Below are positions 35,596-45,142 of a DNA stretch of 50,925 bases, piece after piece. This stretch comes from a virus. Below the pieces are notes generated by a model that was not told the DNA's origin, did no database searches, and worked only from the letters and a program-made list of their open reading frames with translations. The stretch lies in UHGV virus genome UHGV-1370083. One strand, 5' to 3'. The position numbers and the translations under genes are program-made. Positions within the stretch are counted from its first letter, which is position 1, and each line of letters opens with the position of its first letter.

Positions 35596-38500
35596 TAGAA
35601 ACCTTTCTTACTCTTTGTTCCGATATACACATTTTTAATACCTAATTTTTTAAGAACTTTATATTCTTCCTCAGTTGTATAATATTTATAACCATTGGAA
35701 GTATATACATAAATCTTAGCATATGAAGCGTTATCTGACATTAAACGTTGGATAGCGCTTTTCTTTTGCTTTTGCGTCATTTTGTTATAAACAAGTTCTA
35801 CATAAGTTCCATCCTCCTTCTTTACTTTATATTTCTTTTTACTTGCAAACAATTCTGCAAGAGAGTCTTTGTTTAATTCGCCGTACTTCTTATTAAGTTT
35901 AGCAGTATCTTTTGAGTCAAGCTTCTTGTCTTCGTAATTACCAGTCAAGTAGCTCTTATTAACGTCCTGCGCTAAAGCTTCTTTCTCAATATCGGTCACT
36001 TTGTAAGGGTTAATATCAATAGGACTATTAGCATTGATAAGTTTCACAAGATGAGGTAAATAGTATTTGCTCTGTACTTTACCCGTATAAATATCAATCT
36101 TCTTAGGCAGTGCATACGCGAAGCCCGGAATAGCTTGAACCATAGCACGTTGCATAAAGTTCAATGCTCCGTTCTTACTATATTGCGGTGCGAATGAATA
36201 CAAGTTTCTAGTGAATGCTTTCCAGAAATTAGGTATGAATGACAACATTGCATTCTCAGTAGTATTAACAAGATAATCTGCAAAGCTGGTAGAATAAGTA
36301 ATATTGCTATACAAATCATTAAATACAAAATCATCAAACAAACCGCTTGTAGTAGCTTTCATAACTTCCCAGAATGATTTGTTATCATCACCAAAGATAC
36401 TTGACATTGTAATACCCATCAAAATACCTTGCGTACCAAAGATGCCGCTTATATCAACATAGAAGTTAGTACCAATACGAAGCTTAGGCTTATCATCTTC
36501 GTCGTCAATAGCTGCAAGGCCAATTGCACCAAGCAAAAGACCAATCAATAAACCAGCACTTCCTATAATACCCTTACCAATTTGTTGTTTAGCAAAGTAT
36601 TCTGCGAACCGAGGACTAACAGAGCTTTGACCTTTACTGCTTGCTTCAGTCCGTTTTCTTTCCCATCTTTCAATCGTATTTTCAAGTTTGGCATAATTGA
36701 TTATTCCAAGTGCAAGTCCAGCAGGAGTATAGTTGAGACCTTCGAGGAACCAGTTAACACCAGCCGAGCCAAAAGGAAGTATTTGTTTGAAAGCAAAATA
36801 ACCAGCCGCGCCGAGTCTATTTCGAATAGCATTTTCAATACTGTTCACGAAATTACGTCTGTGCATATACTTGTAAGCAGCAGCAGCATAAGCTTCAGCA
36901 AGAGTATCAAGAACTTGACTACTATAACCTTTACTTAAATCTACTTTATCTTCTACAAGCATTTTACCAAATAAACGTTTTGTCTCTTTCTTTATCCAAG
37001 GGTCATCTGACAACCAACGGAACGTGAAGTCAGAGACTTTGTTCATTGTTTCCATTACAGCTTTAGCAGCTTTATTATTAACATTCTTTGTATCAAACAT
37101 TTGGTCGCCGAACATTTTAATAATGATTGCTTTAGCCATAGTGTTAGCAGCACTCTGTATACCTTGGTCTTTTTTAACGGTAGCTTTATCTTCAAAATAC
37201 TTAGACAGGCCATCAGACAAAGTATCATAGAAAGAATACTTCTCAATAACTTTACCATTAGCATCGGTTTTTGTATACAAAGTTTCGTTGAACATTTTAT
37301 CAACAAAAGCTGCGGTAGTATCATCAACTTGCGTACCACTGATTTTATATTGTTTGTATTCAAGCTGTTTAATACCAGGTAATTTACCTTTGAATTCTTT
37401 AGGAATTTCAGTTGCATTAGGGTTAGCTTTACGCCAGCTTTCGAACTTAGCAAGTATAGCTTCTTTCTTTGTACGAGACTTAGAAATTGCAAGGTCACCA
37501 AGCTTCTCAGTAATCTTACCAAACTTATCTACAACAATATTAGAAGTTGCATTTCGTATCGCAGTACCAGGTGCAGATAACATTGCCCAGCGCTCAATCT
37601 TCCAAAGGGTATCCCAAACTTTATCACCTTTCTTGTGTTCAACTTGTTTCTCTTTAACTTCATTCTGTATTTTAGCAAGAGCTTCTTCAATAGCAGTAAT
37701 CTTTTCTTTGTTAAGTTGTTCAGTAGTCTTACCTTCAACACCACTTGTAGGTTTCTTAAGTGCAGTAACAAGTTCAGCTACACTCTTTTCATCTACGTCA
37801 ATACCGTAATATTGCTGTAATGCAGAAGTAATTCGCTTGGCAGGGTTAACAAGACCAATCACTTTACTCCAGACAGACATTATAGTGGCGGCAGTACTTA
37901 CAGGTGTATTCATTAAGGCATTAAGCTGTTCTACAGTATCAGAATCAAATTGATAAATGCCATTGTTCATTAAGTCTGTAAAATTAGCAAGAACCATAAG
38001 TCTGACAGACTCATAAACACGAATATCATTACGAGTTACGTCACCCTCGAGCGCAAGACTGTGGCTATAGAAATCAATAATCTCTGCTGCTTCTTCTTGA
38101 GTTATTGTATCAAGTTTACCCGAATTTTTATCAAAGAATTCTTTAACACTTACCTCAATATTCGGGTCATTGACATCAGCAATGTATTTTACAGTAGACT
38201 CGCTTGTATCGCTGAATTGCGTTTTGAGAAGCTCTTCAAGTTTAGCAGGCATATTCTTATTACTATAAATATCAAAGTGAGTACCATTAGGTAAATTTAT
38301 TTCTGCAAGTTGTTTATACTTAGCAACTTCACCTTTCAAGTTTTTCACCTTTTCTTGTAACCGAGCTTTGTCACCCTTCAACTTTTCATTCTGAGCTTTT
38401 CTACGGTCAGCAGTATCAAAGATTGCTTTAGCAGTAGCATTATTCCAATAGCCTAATCTTGCTTTACGGCTAATCTCTTTAAGAGTTTCTTCAGCTTTAT

Positions 38501-41500
38501 AGTATTCAGAAATATCTTTACCTTGCCACCACTTATTGATTTGACCATCTTTAAAATATTCAGGATAGTCCATTTCAGCTTTTGCTTTTGCTTTAGGCGA
38601 TAAATAACTCATAATTTTATTACCAATACGGTTAATATTATCACTTACTGTCTTTTTAGGGCGCTTAGGAAATAATCTTTCATCCTTCTTGCTTGCTTCG
38701 ACTACTGCTCTAAGCATCTTATTACTGCCTGTTACATTTTCATATTGAGCAGCAAAATAACGTTCTTCAAGCTCGTCTCTGCTAAGTGCGTTTACAAGAC
38801 TAGGTATCTCAGCAATTTTAGCTTCAGCATCTTCTTGACTTATTACACCTTGCTCGATTTGGTTGTAAACTTGTCTCGCAAGAAAGAGTTTAAGTTTACT
38901 ATTCATTGTTTCTACAGGAACGTCACCGATAATATCATTGAAAGCATCAGTTGAATTAGGGTCGCTGATTAAATCAATTAACTCACGACTTGTATCATCA
39001 CCTTTACTACCACCAACTTGACGGTTAAGACTACTTTCTTTTCTGATTTCATCAGGAGCTTTATAACCACTGAGTATCAACCAATAAGCACGACCAGCAG
39101 CACGACCGCCAGACTCGATACTACCATCAAAGTCATTAGCCCATACGATACGAGCCGCACCGGTTTTAGCTTCAGTAAGTTCTTCCATCGCTTTGCTATA
39201 TGCAAGAGCATGCTTAAGATAAGCTTTGCCAAGAGGCGAGCTAGCACCTTTCTCAGTTTTAAGCTCTTCAATAATAGAGTCGAACTTTTCTTGGCTGATT
39301 TTCTTTTCAGTCATTTCAGTACGGCCTGTATCTCTGAGTGCACACCACAATGCGTAATATTGCATAGACTTTATAGTAGCCAGGTCATTAAGCTGCTTAA
39401 AAGATTTAATCACTGGATTATGGAAGTATATCTTATTAAACAATTTCCAGGTATAATCATTTACTTTATTTGCATCAATAGTACGCAACCATCGCATATT
39501 TTTTTGGTAAGTAAGAGTACCTTGTTGACTACCTCCAATATATTTCCACAAAGACTTATTCAAGAATGCAGGATTTGCAGCTTTAACAAAATTTTGTGTT
39601 TCAGGGTCCATTTGGATAGGCCTATATTTTCTAATAAAGTATTCAAGGTTTGTACCTCTGGCCTCTTTATTAGAAACAGTGCGAGGTGCAACTGGCTGGA
39701 CTTCTGCATCAGTTACGACATTCTTTTTATGTTTTGTAATATATGCTTCTTTCTTAAGACGTTTTTGTTCCGCCCTCAGTTCTTTAAGATAAGCTTCTTT
39801 TTCTTCTTTGCTCATTCCTTCAAGCTGAGCTCTTTCATCGGCGTTAAGACCATCGTCGGTTTCACTAAGAGACAAAATATGAGAATTACCATTTTGGTCA
39901 AAATTATATTTATCAAGCAGACTACCCATTTTAGATTCAAATGTTGTAATAAGTTTATCACTATCTTTTAAACTAAATAAGGTATCACCATTAGCATCGT
40001 TAATTATAACAGTACCAATAATATTTTTTTCAAATAATTTTATGGTAGTGATATATAAATTAACTAATGTTGAACGATTAGTAGCAGCATTTACATTTAT
40101 TGTTAAAGTATTATTAGAAATATCACCAACTAAAGTATTATCAAATAATTGTACTTGCTGAGATTTAGTAAGATTATTAGCTGTGCTATATAATTTACTA
40201 AAATTATATAGAGCAGCTTCTGGTATTGCATATTTACTAAAGTAAGTATCACCATTTGGAAATATACATACTGATGTAGCAGACTTGCTCGGCTGCTGTA
40301 CAAGACTAAGATACTTCTTATTGTTACGAAGAATTTGGTTAGTAAAATCATTTGTAATTTTACTATCAATGAACTTATAATTATCGTTAGTCATATTATT
40401 GTACGTATATTCACTAGGGTCTAATAAAATATTATTATCTTTATCAAAACCTAATATTTTAACAGTTTTAGATTTTGAAGCAATATCAGTAGGTACTAAA
40501 ATTTCCGCCATAACGTCAGCTACATAACCAACTAAATCTTTAGGCTTAACAATACCTATTGTTAAATACATATTTTCAAGTAACGTTTCTTTTCCAGTAA
40601 TACCTTTATTTAAAAATGCATGCGTTGCTCTAGTATACTGCTCTCTTGTATTATACATAGTTGAGCCATAAGAACGCAACTTAGTATCACCAAATTGAGC
40701 AGATACAAAATCATCAGGATAGTAGACAGAATTTGTTTGTACTCTAAAAAATGGAATATCAGTATTTAAAAATTCATCATAAGGAATATTATTTCCAGCA
40801 TCTTGCCATAATTGTTTCAACATAATATCTCTAATTTCAGGGTCTTGAGCAAATTTAACTAACTCTTTTTTACCTTCGGGTGTACCAGCCTCTACCCATT
40901 CTCGAACTACTGAATTATCTTGTACTTTATTATCAAACTCTTCTGCAATCGCACGTCTTTCTTCTGTTGTAGCTTTGTTGTTTGGTCCATAAATTATATC
41001 TTTATATAAATAAGTTTCATAGTTAGTATCATCAAGAAGGTCGTGAACAAGCTTAATTCTACCAAACTTTTCGTATACAGGATAAGCGTATGACAATAAT
41101 GCATCATCAGTTTTAGTGCCTTTGGTACCATTGGTTTTATTCCGCAACGGTTCTGCGCCAGTAACTTCGAAGGTACCAAACGGAGTATCGAGATAAGTTT
41201 TATTACCGACGTCTCTTCTAAACATAGGTACGCGCAAAGGTGCAGCATAGTAGCTTTGAGGTCCTTGCCAACCACGTGCATCTATTTCACCAGTAACACA
41301 AGTATAAATTAACCGACTAAGCATATCAAAAGCAGCCGCATCAGTTAAACCTTTAACGTTAAGTTCAGGAAAATATTCGCGCGCTGCCTCAAGTATTTTA
41401 TAGCTAGAAGCAAATGGCAAAGTTGTAAAATCTATGTATGCAAAACCGGCACTAAAATTATTTTGATGTTGTATAGCATGTTCAAATTCATGTAATACTT

Positions 41501-44500
41501 CATAGCGTAATTCATTATCCGTTTTATCAATAACTTTTCCGTTAGTAAGCTCACGCTTAGTAACTAAATATATAGTATTTGTAGAATAATCATAATTAGA
41601 AGGACCAAGCTTATCAACCAACTTGATTTTAGTATCTTTTAAATTACCGTACACATATTTAGCCTGAATAATATCGCTAATTTTAGTATCTTTAGTAATT
41701 ACAAAGTTTTCATCTTTTGCAATACTATAGAAAGGTTTTAAATCTGCTAATCCATATTCACCGTTGTTATATTTTACAATAGATACGGTGCCTGTGTCAG
41801 CTAAAATACTATCACGCAAATAGGCAAAAGTAGTACTCTCAGTAACTACGCCGTAAGTATTTCTGATTTCTCTTTGAGTGTCACTTGATAAAAGTTGAGG
41901 GTCGCGAATATAGTCTGTGATACTATAATAATTCTTTGCAACGGCACTAATATCTTTAGAAATATACTTTTCATAATATTCGTGCGTATTAAATAATTTA
42001 TTAGTAATAATATTTTCTGCAAAGTCAGGTGCGAATTCAGAGAAACGCATAGACTTTAAATGAGCTTGGTATTGCGTATCTTCAGTAATATTCTCAACAA
42101 TAGTGTACGTACCATTTTTAGCAATATTAAGAGTATACGCATTGCCACTTACAGCAAGCAACTGTTCTCTATAATATTCTTTACGAAATTCTTGGCGCTC
42201 AGATGCAGTACCGCTTTCACCTGGAACTTCTGTAGCCATCCAAGTTTGTAACGTAACATTATTATTAAGAAGTATTTTAGCTAACTGCCAGTTGGCATTA
42301 GAGCTAAGTTCGGGATAGACTACACCATTGAAATTACTTCTATATTGTCCAACATAATAATCGTTAAGTTTATTAAGGGCTTGAGTTCTAGTAGTTTCAC
42401 TACCACTAGTAAGCTGATAAAAAGTAATCTTCTTATTAGCATCAGGAATAGGCATAACGTCGATACGCTTTTTAAGTATTTCAAGGTCAGCATCTGTAGT
42501 TTTGCCAGTTTTAATTCTCTTACCAACTTCAAGATTGTAACGATGAGAATCAACATAACTTCTCTGAGCAGGAGTTAAAAGTGATACAAAATCGGTAGTA
42601 ACATTATCTTGTACAAGCAAATATTCGATAATTGATTTCTGCCATTCTTTCTTCGTATTCTCAAGCTGAAGTTTATACATATCATCAGTAATAGTATCAC
42701 CAGTCGCAGCTTCAGTAATAGTATCTAACTGCAATAACAATTTTCTTGCAACTTGCGAGGTTTGATATAAGCACTGTTTATAGAATTCACTATCATTAAG
42801 CAATGTAGCAACTGCTTCTTCTGCCGTGGCATCAGCTCTATGATAGTTCGTTTTATACAGATTATGAATTTCAGTGATGGCATATTTAAGGTCGGGCACT
42901 TTAATAAGATTATCGATGAGTACATTACTTGCATCATTCTTACGTACATCAAGTAATATATCAGAAGAAGAGTCAATCATATTCTGAGGTATAATACGAT
43001 GACCGTCGACATTAACACTGTTAGTGCCATCTTCGGAAATAGATACACTCTTAGTATTAGGCATTAATAGCAACTCATCAATCTTAGCTTTAGCATCTTT
43101 TTGTGCTTTACTGCGAGGTTTAACCTCTTGCTCAGGTTTAGTAGCTTCTTCTTTAATATGCGTTTCTTTAATTTTAGTAATATTAGCATCTTGCATTTTC
43201 TTAGCAAGTAATTCTTTTTCAGCTGCTGTGAAAGCTTCATATCTACTCGCCACATACGACGATGCTAAATTCATAACTTCAGTATTAAGTTTATCTACTA
43301 CCACATTCAAATCGGCTTCAACATAGGTTTGATTGGTTTGAGTAGTATATTGAGCAGCAAATTCTTGCATGAAAGAAATAACTCTCTCGGTTGCTTCTTG
43401 ACCAATATTGCCATAAAAAGATGCAAGTAACTGGAATGACTGAACTGCCTGACCAAGCATAGCTTCACGATATTCAATAGGCTGAGAAGTATCATTACAG
43501 AATTCTTGAATTTCATGCATAAGAGATTTGGTGTTTGCAATAATGTTCCAACTCTTCCACTTGCTGAACTTCTTCATTACAGGCTTGCCTTCTTCATCTG
43601 TAACAATATCACCTTTTTTATTACGAAGTACTTCATCAGTTTCAATGCGCTTAGTAGTAAGAACTTTAACTGCAGAAGTAAGGCCAGAGACTAAAGCACC
43701 TGCTGCAAAAGCACGAGCCATATCGGCAAAACTAAAACCTGCATAGTTTTGTAAAGGTGAAGGTCTGGTTCCAAATTTGCTGTGAATAACATAAGTTGCA
43801 GTATTGATAAACTGACCAGAATATTCCTGCAATGCTTCTTCAATACCGTCTTTAAGCATATCGTTAATAAGACGCTTTCTACCAGAAATAATACCAGATT
43901 TAGGACTGTAATTAAACATAATCTGTTTCTCAGTAGTAGCGCCAAATGTATTAGCCATTACTTTTGTAACAGTATATTCAGCAGCAGCACGCAATGCAGC
44001 ATTTGTTGCAAGATAAATCGTCGGGACACTTGCAAGACTTTCATCTTGACAAAGTTCTCGATAATTGTTAGTACCCATGCTACCCCAATATAATATCTGT
44101 CCAGTCTTCTGAAGAGTATGTCCAGCATTTACAAATACTTTTGCGGTAGTCGTACCTTGCCCGGCTTTAGCAATAGCGTTGCCTCCATAATTAAATGCAG
44201 CCATTGTAAGTACTTGTCCAAGAGTATCGCCCAAAAGATTAGTAATATTATAACCAGCCGTAGGTTTACCTTCAACAGTTACAAGGTCGGTATTCAAACG
44301 CTCCCATTCGTATAATGACCTACGCAAGTCATCAGTAGGCATAAAATTGATTTCACCAGCTTCTCTCCAGGCTCTATCAAATGCTGCCCATTTACCGCCT
44401 TCTGTTTCGTCACTAATCAAAGCATCAATACTTTTGAACAAACCAGTGCCAACAGTAGCAACGCCTTCAATTATATTTTCAGCTGTATTAAGAACGGATA

Positions 44501-44987
44501 ATGTAATATTACCAAGAGCCCCAGCAGCGGTATTAGTTGCTTTTTCAAGTGCTCCCATATTTTCTTTAGCAATACGCTCTTGATTTTGCTTAATAATATT
44601 ACGCTGTGCTGTAGCATATTCATCAAGTTGTTTTTGATGATACTCTTTTTCAGTCATCAGTACATTATGTTTTTGCGGATTACCTTGTTCATCATAAACA
44701 GTTTCTTCATAATCTTTCTTCTTCTCGTCATCCAAGAATAAAGAAACGGCGAGCTGTTGCATTTTGTGCTCGGTATCATACACGTCCCAATTAGGTAAGT
44801 TTCTAATAGCGCTAATAGACATTTTTTCATTAGCGGCATTGATAGTACCTAATAACGTATCAAGAGACCCAGTCTTTGAATACTGGGTCCACGTGTCATT
44901 ACCACCAAGCTCTTTGTACAGCTCGTCGTTTTGCAGTTTAGCTTTCGCTACACCATACGGGTTCTCATATTGTGTGTAAGTTAACAT
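35592..44987 (-). CDS. Giant virion-module protein (3131 aa) with a zincin-like HExxH motif and a C-terminal glycine-zipper transmembrane segment. Candidate internal/ejection protein or fused tape-measure-like protein.
   Basis: A single uninterrupted frame of 9396 nt. GTAAAGGAGTATATGT before the ATG at 44985-44987. HEFEHAIQH is encoded at about 41464-41493. The Gly-rich hydrophobic segment IGKGIIGSAGLLIGLLLGAIGLAAI lies near the C-terminus. It is followed on the same strand by the tail-like genes. Confidence 0.6.
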   Translation of the reverse strand: MLTYTQYENPYGVAKAKLQNDELYKELGGNDTWTQYSKTGSLDTLLGTINAANEKMSISAIRNLPNWDVYDTEHKMQQLAVSLFLDDEKKKDYEETVYDEQGNPQKHNVLMTEKEYHQKQLDEYATAQRNIIKQNQERIAKENMGALEKATNTAAGALGNITLSVLNTAENIIEGVATVGTGLFKSIDALISDETEGGKWAAFDRAWREAGEINFMPTDDLRRSLYEWERLNTDLVTVEGKPTAGYNITNLLGDTLGQVLTMAAFNYGGNAIAKAGQGTTTAKVFVNAGHTLQKTGQILYWGSMGTNNYRELCQDESLASVPTIYLATNAALRAAAEYTVTKVMANTFGATTEKQIMFNYSPKSGIISGRKRLINDMLKDGIEEALQEYSGQFINTATYVIHSKFGTRPSPLQNYAGFSFADMARAFAAGALVSGLTSAVKVLTTKRIETDEVLRNKKGDIVTDEEGKPVMKKFSKWKSWNIIANTKSLMHEIQEFCNDTSQPIEYREAMLGQAVQSFQLLASFYGNIGQEATERVISFMQEFAAQYTTQTNQTYVEADLNVVVDKLNTEVMNLASSYVASRYEAFTAAEKELLAKKMQDANITKIKETHIKEEATKPEQEVKPRSKAQKDAKAKIDELLLMPNTKSVSISEDGTNSVNVDGHRIIPQNMIDSSSDILLDVRKNDASNVLIDNLIKVPDLKYAITEIHNLYKTNYHRADATAEEAVATLLNDSEFYKQCLYQTSQVARKLLLQLDTITEAATGDTITDDMYKLQLENTKKEWQKSIIEYLLVQDNVTTDFVSLLTPAQRSYVDSHRYNLEVGKRIKTGKTTDADLEILKKRIDVMPIPDANKKITFYQLTSGSETTRTQALNKLNDYYVGQYRSNFNGVVYPELSSNANWQLAKILLNNNVTLQTWMATEVPGESGTASERQEFRKEYYREQLLAVSGNAYTLNIAKNGTYTIVENITEDTQYQAHLKSMRFSEFAPDFAENIITNKLFNTHEYYEKYISKDISAVAKNYYSITDYIRDPQLLSSDTQREIRNTYGVVTESTTFAYLRDSILADTGTVSIVKYNNGEYGLADLKPFYSIAKDENFVITKDTKISDIIQAKYVYGNLKDTKIKLVDKLGPSNYDYSTNTIYLVTKRELTNGKVIDKTDNELRYEVLHEFEHAIQHQNNFSAGFAYIDFTTLPFASSYKILEAAREYFPELNVKGLTDAAAFDMLSRLIYTCVTGEIDARGWQGPQSYYAAPLRVPMFRRDVGNKTYLDTPFGTFEVTGAEPLRNKTNGTKGTKTDDALLSYAYPVYEKFGRIKLVHDLLDDTNYETYLYKDIIYGPNNKATTEERRAIAEEFDNKVQDNSVVREWVEAGTPEGKKELVKFAQDPEIRDIMLKQLWQDAGNNIPYDEFLNTDIPFFRVQTNSVYYPDDFVSAQFGDTKLRSYGSTMYNTREQYTRATHAFLNKGITGKETLLENMYLTIGIVKPKDLVGYVADVMAEILVPTDIASKSKTVKILGFDKDNNILLDPSEYTYNNMTNDNYKFIDSKITNDFTNQILRNNKKYLSLVQQPSKSATSVCIFPNGDTYFSKYAIPEAALYNFSKLYSTANNLTKSQQVQLFDNTLVGDISNNTLTINVNAATNRSTLVNLYITTIKLFEKNIIGTVIINDANGDTLFSLKDSDKLITTFESKMGSLLDKYNFDQNGNSHILSLSETDDGLNADERAQLEGMSKEEKEAYLKELRAEQKRLKKEAYITKHKKNVVTDAEVQPVAPRTVSNKEARGTNLEYFIRKYRPIQMDPETQNFVKAANPAFLNKSLWKYIGGSQQGTLTYQKNMRWLRTIDANKVNDYTWKLFNKIYFHNPVIKSFKQLNDLATIKSMQYYALWCALRDTGRTEMTEKKISQEKFDSIIEELKTEKGASSPLGKAYLKHALAYSKAMEELTEAKTGAARIVWANDFDGSIESGGRAAGRAYWLILSGYKAPDEIRKESSLNRQVGGSKGDDTSRELIDLISDPNSTDAFNDIIGDVPVETMNSKLKLFLARQVYNQIEQGVISQEDAEAKIAEIPSLVNALSRDELEERYFAAQYENVTGSNKMLRAVVEASKKDERLFPKRPKKTVSDNINRIGNKIMSYLSPKAKAKAEMDYPEYFKDGQINKWWQGKDISEYYKAEETLKEISRKARLGYWNNATAKAIFDTADRRKAQNEKLKGDKARLQEKVKNLKGEVAKYKQLAEINLPNGTHFDIYSNKNMPAKLEELLKTQFSDTSESTVKYIADVNDPNIEVSVKEFFDKNSGKLDTITQEEAAEIIDFYSHSLALEGDVTRNDIRVYESVRLMVLANFTDLMNNGIYQFDSDTVEQLNALMNTPVSTAATIMSVWSKVIGLVNPAKRITSALQQYYGIDVDEKSVAELVTALKKPTSGVEGKTTEQLNKEKITAIEEALAKIQNEVKEKQVEHKKGDKVWDTLWKIERWAMLSAPGTAIRNATSNIVVDKFGKITEKLGDLAISKSRTKKEAILAKFESWRKANPNATEIPKEFKGKLPGIKQLEYKQYKISGTQVDDTTAAFVDKMFNETLYTKTDANGKVIEKYSFYDTLSDGLSKYFEDKATVKKDQGIQSAANTMAKAIIIKMFGDQMFDTKNVNNKAAKAVMETMNKVSDFTFRWLSDDPWIKKETKRLFGKMLVEDKVDLSKGYSSQVLDTLAEAYAAAAYKYMHRRNFVNSIENAIRNRLGAAGYFAFKQILPFGSAGVNWFLEGLNYTPAGLALGIINYAKLENTIERWERKRTEASSKGQSSVSPRFAEYFAKQQIGKGIIGSAGLLIGLLLGAIGLAAIDDEDDKPKLRIGTNFYVDISGIFGTQGILMGITMSSIFGDDNKSFWEVMKATTSGLFDDFVFNDLYSNITYSTSFADYLVNTTENAMLSFIPNFWKAFTRNLYSFAPQYSKNGALNFMQRAMVQAIPGFAYALPKKIDIYTGKVQSKYYLPHLVKLINANSPIDINPYKVTDIEKEALAQDVNKSYLTGNYEDKKLDSKDTAKLNKKYGELNKDSLAELFASKKKYKVKKEDGTYVELVYNKMTQKQKKSAIQRLMSDNASYAKIYVYTSNGYKYYTTEEEYKVLKKLGIKNVYIGTKSKKGFY

Positions 44988-45061
44988 ACATATACTCCTT
45001 TACTGCTCTTCGCAGTTATTTGAAATATCATTATTATATATTTTACAAACCTGCTTTATTA

Positions 45062-45142
45062 GATTTTAATATATAATAGGAATGCAATTTATATTCAATT
45101 GATATAATATATAGACTAAATTGATTATATATTAAAATCAAT
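45062..45142. repeat. Inverted pair of GATTTTAATATATAAT (45062-45077) and ATTATATATTAAAATCAAT (45124-45142), enclosing a copy of TTGATATAATATATAG (45099-45114).
   Basis: Read directly. The right arm overlaps the stop codon of the 498-aa gene. Confidence 0.8.

Noticed and set aside
36582-44979. About 25 short plus-strand ORFs inside the 3131-aa gene (e.g. 39018..39971 at 317 aa, and 37288..37809).
   Set aside because: They are antisense to a single uninterrupted 9.4-kb frame with a strong start context. Their sequences are Phe/Ser/Ile/Leu-rich AT-codon noise, and there are no RBSs.
35592-44987. Giant ORF as a virion RNA polymerase (N4 or crAss type), suggested by an ANDFDGS string and by its size.
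   Set aside because: The string lacks the third catalytic Asp of the NADFDGD/DxDGD motif, and I found no second double-psi beta-barrel signature or T7-like A/B/C motifs by eye. There is insufficient support, and it cannot be settled without profile searches.
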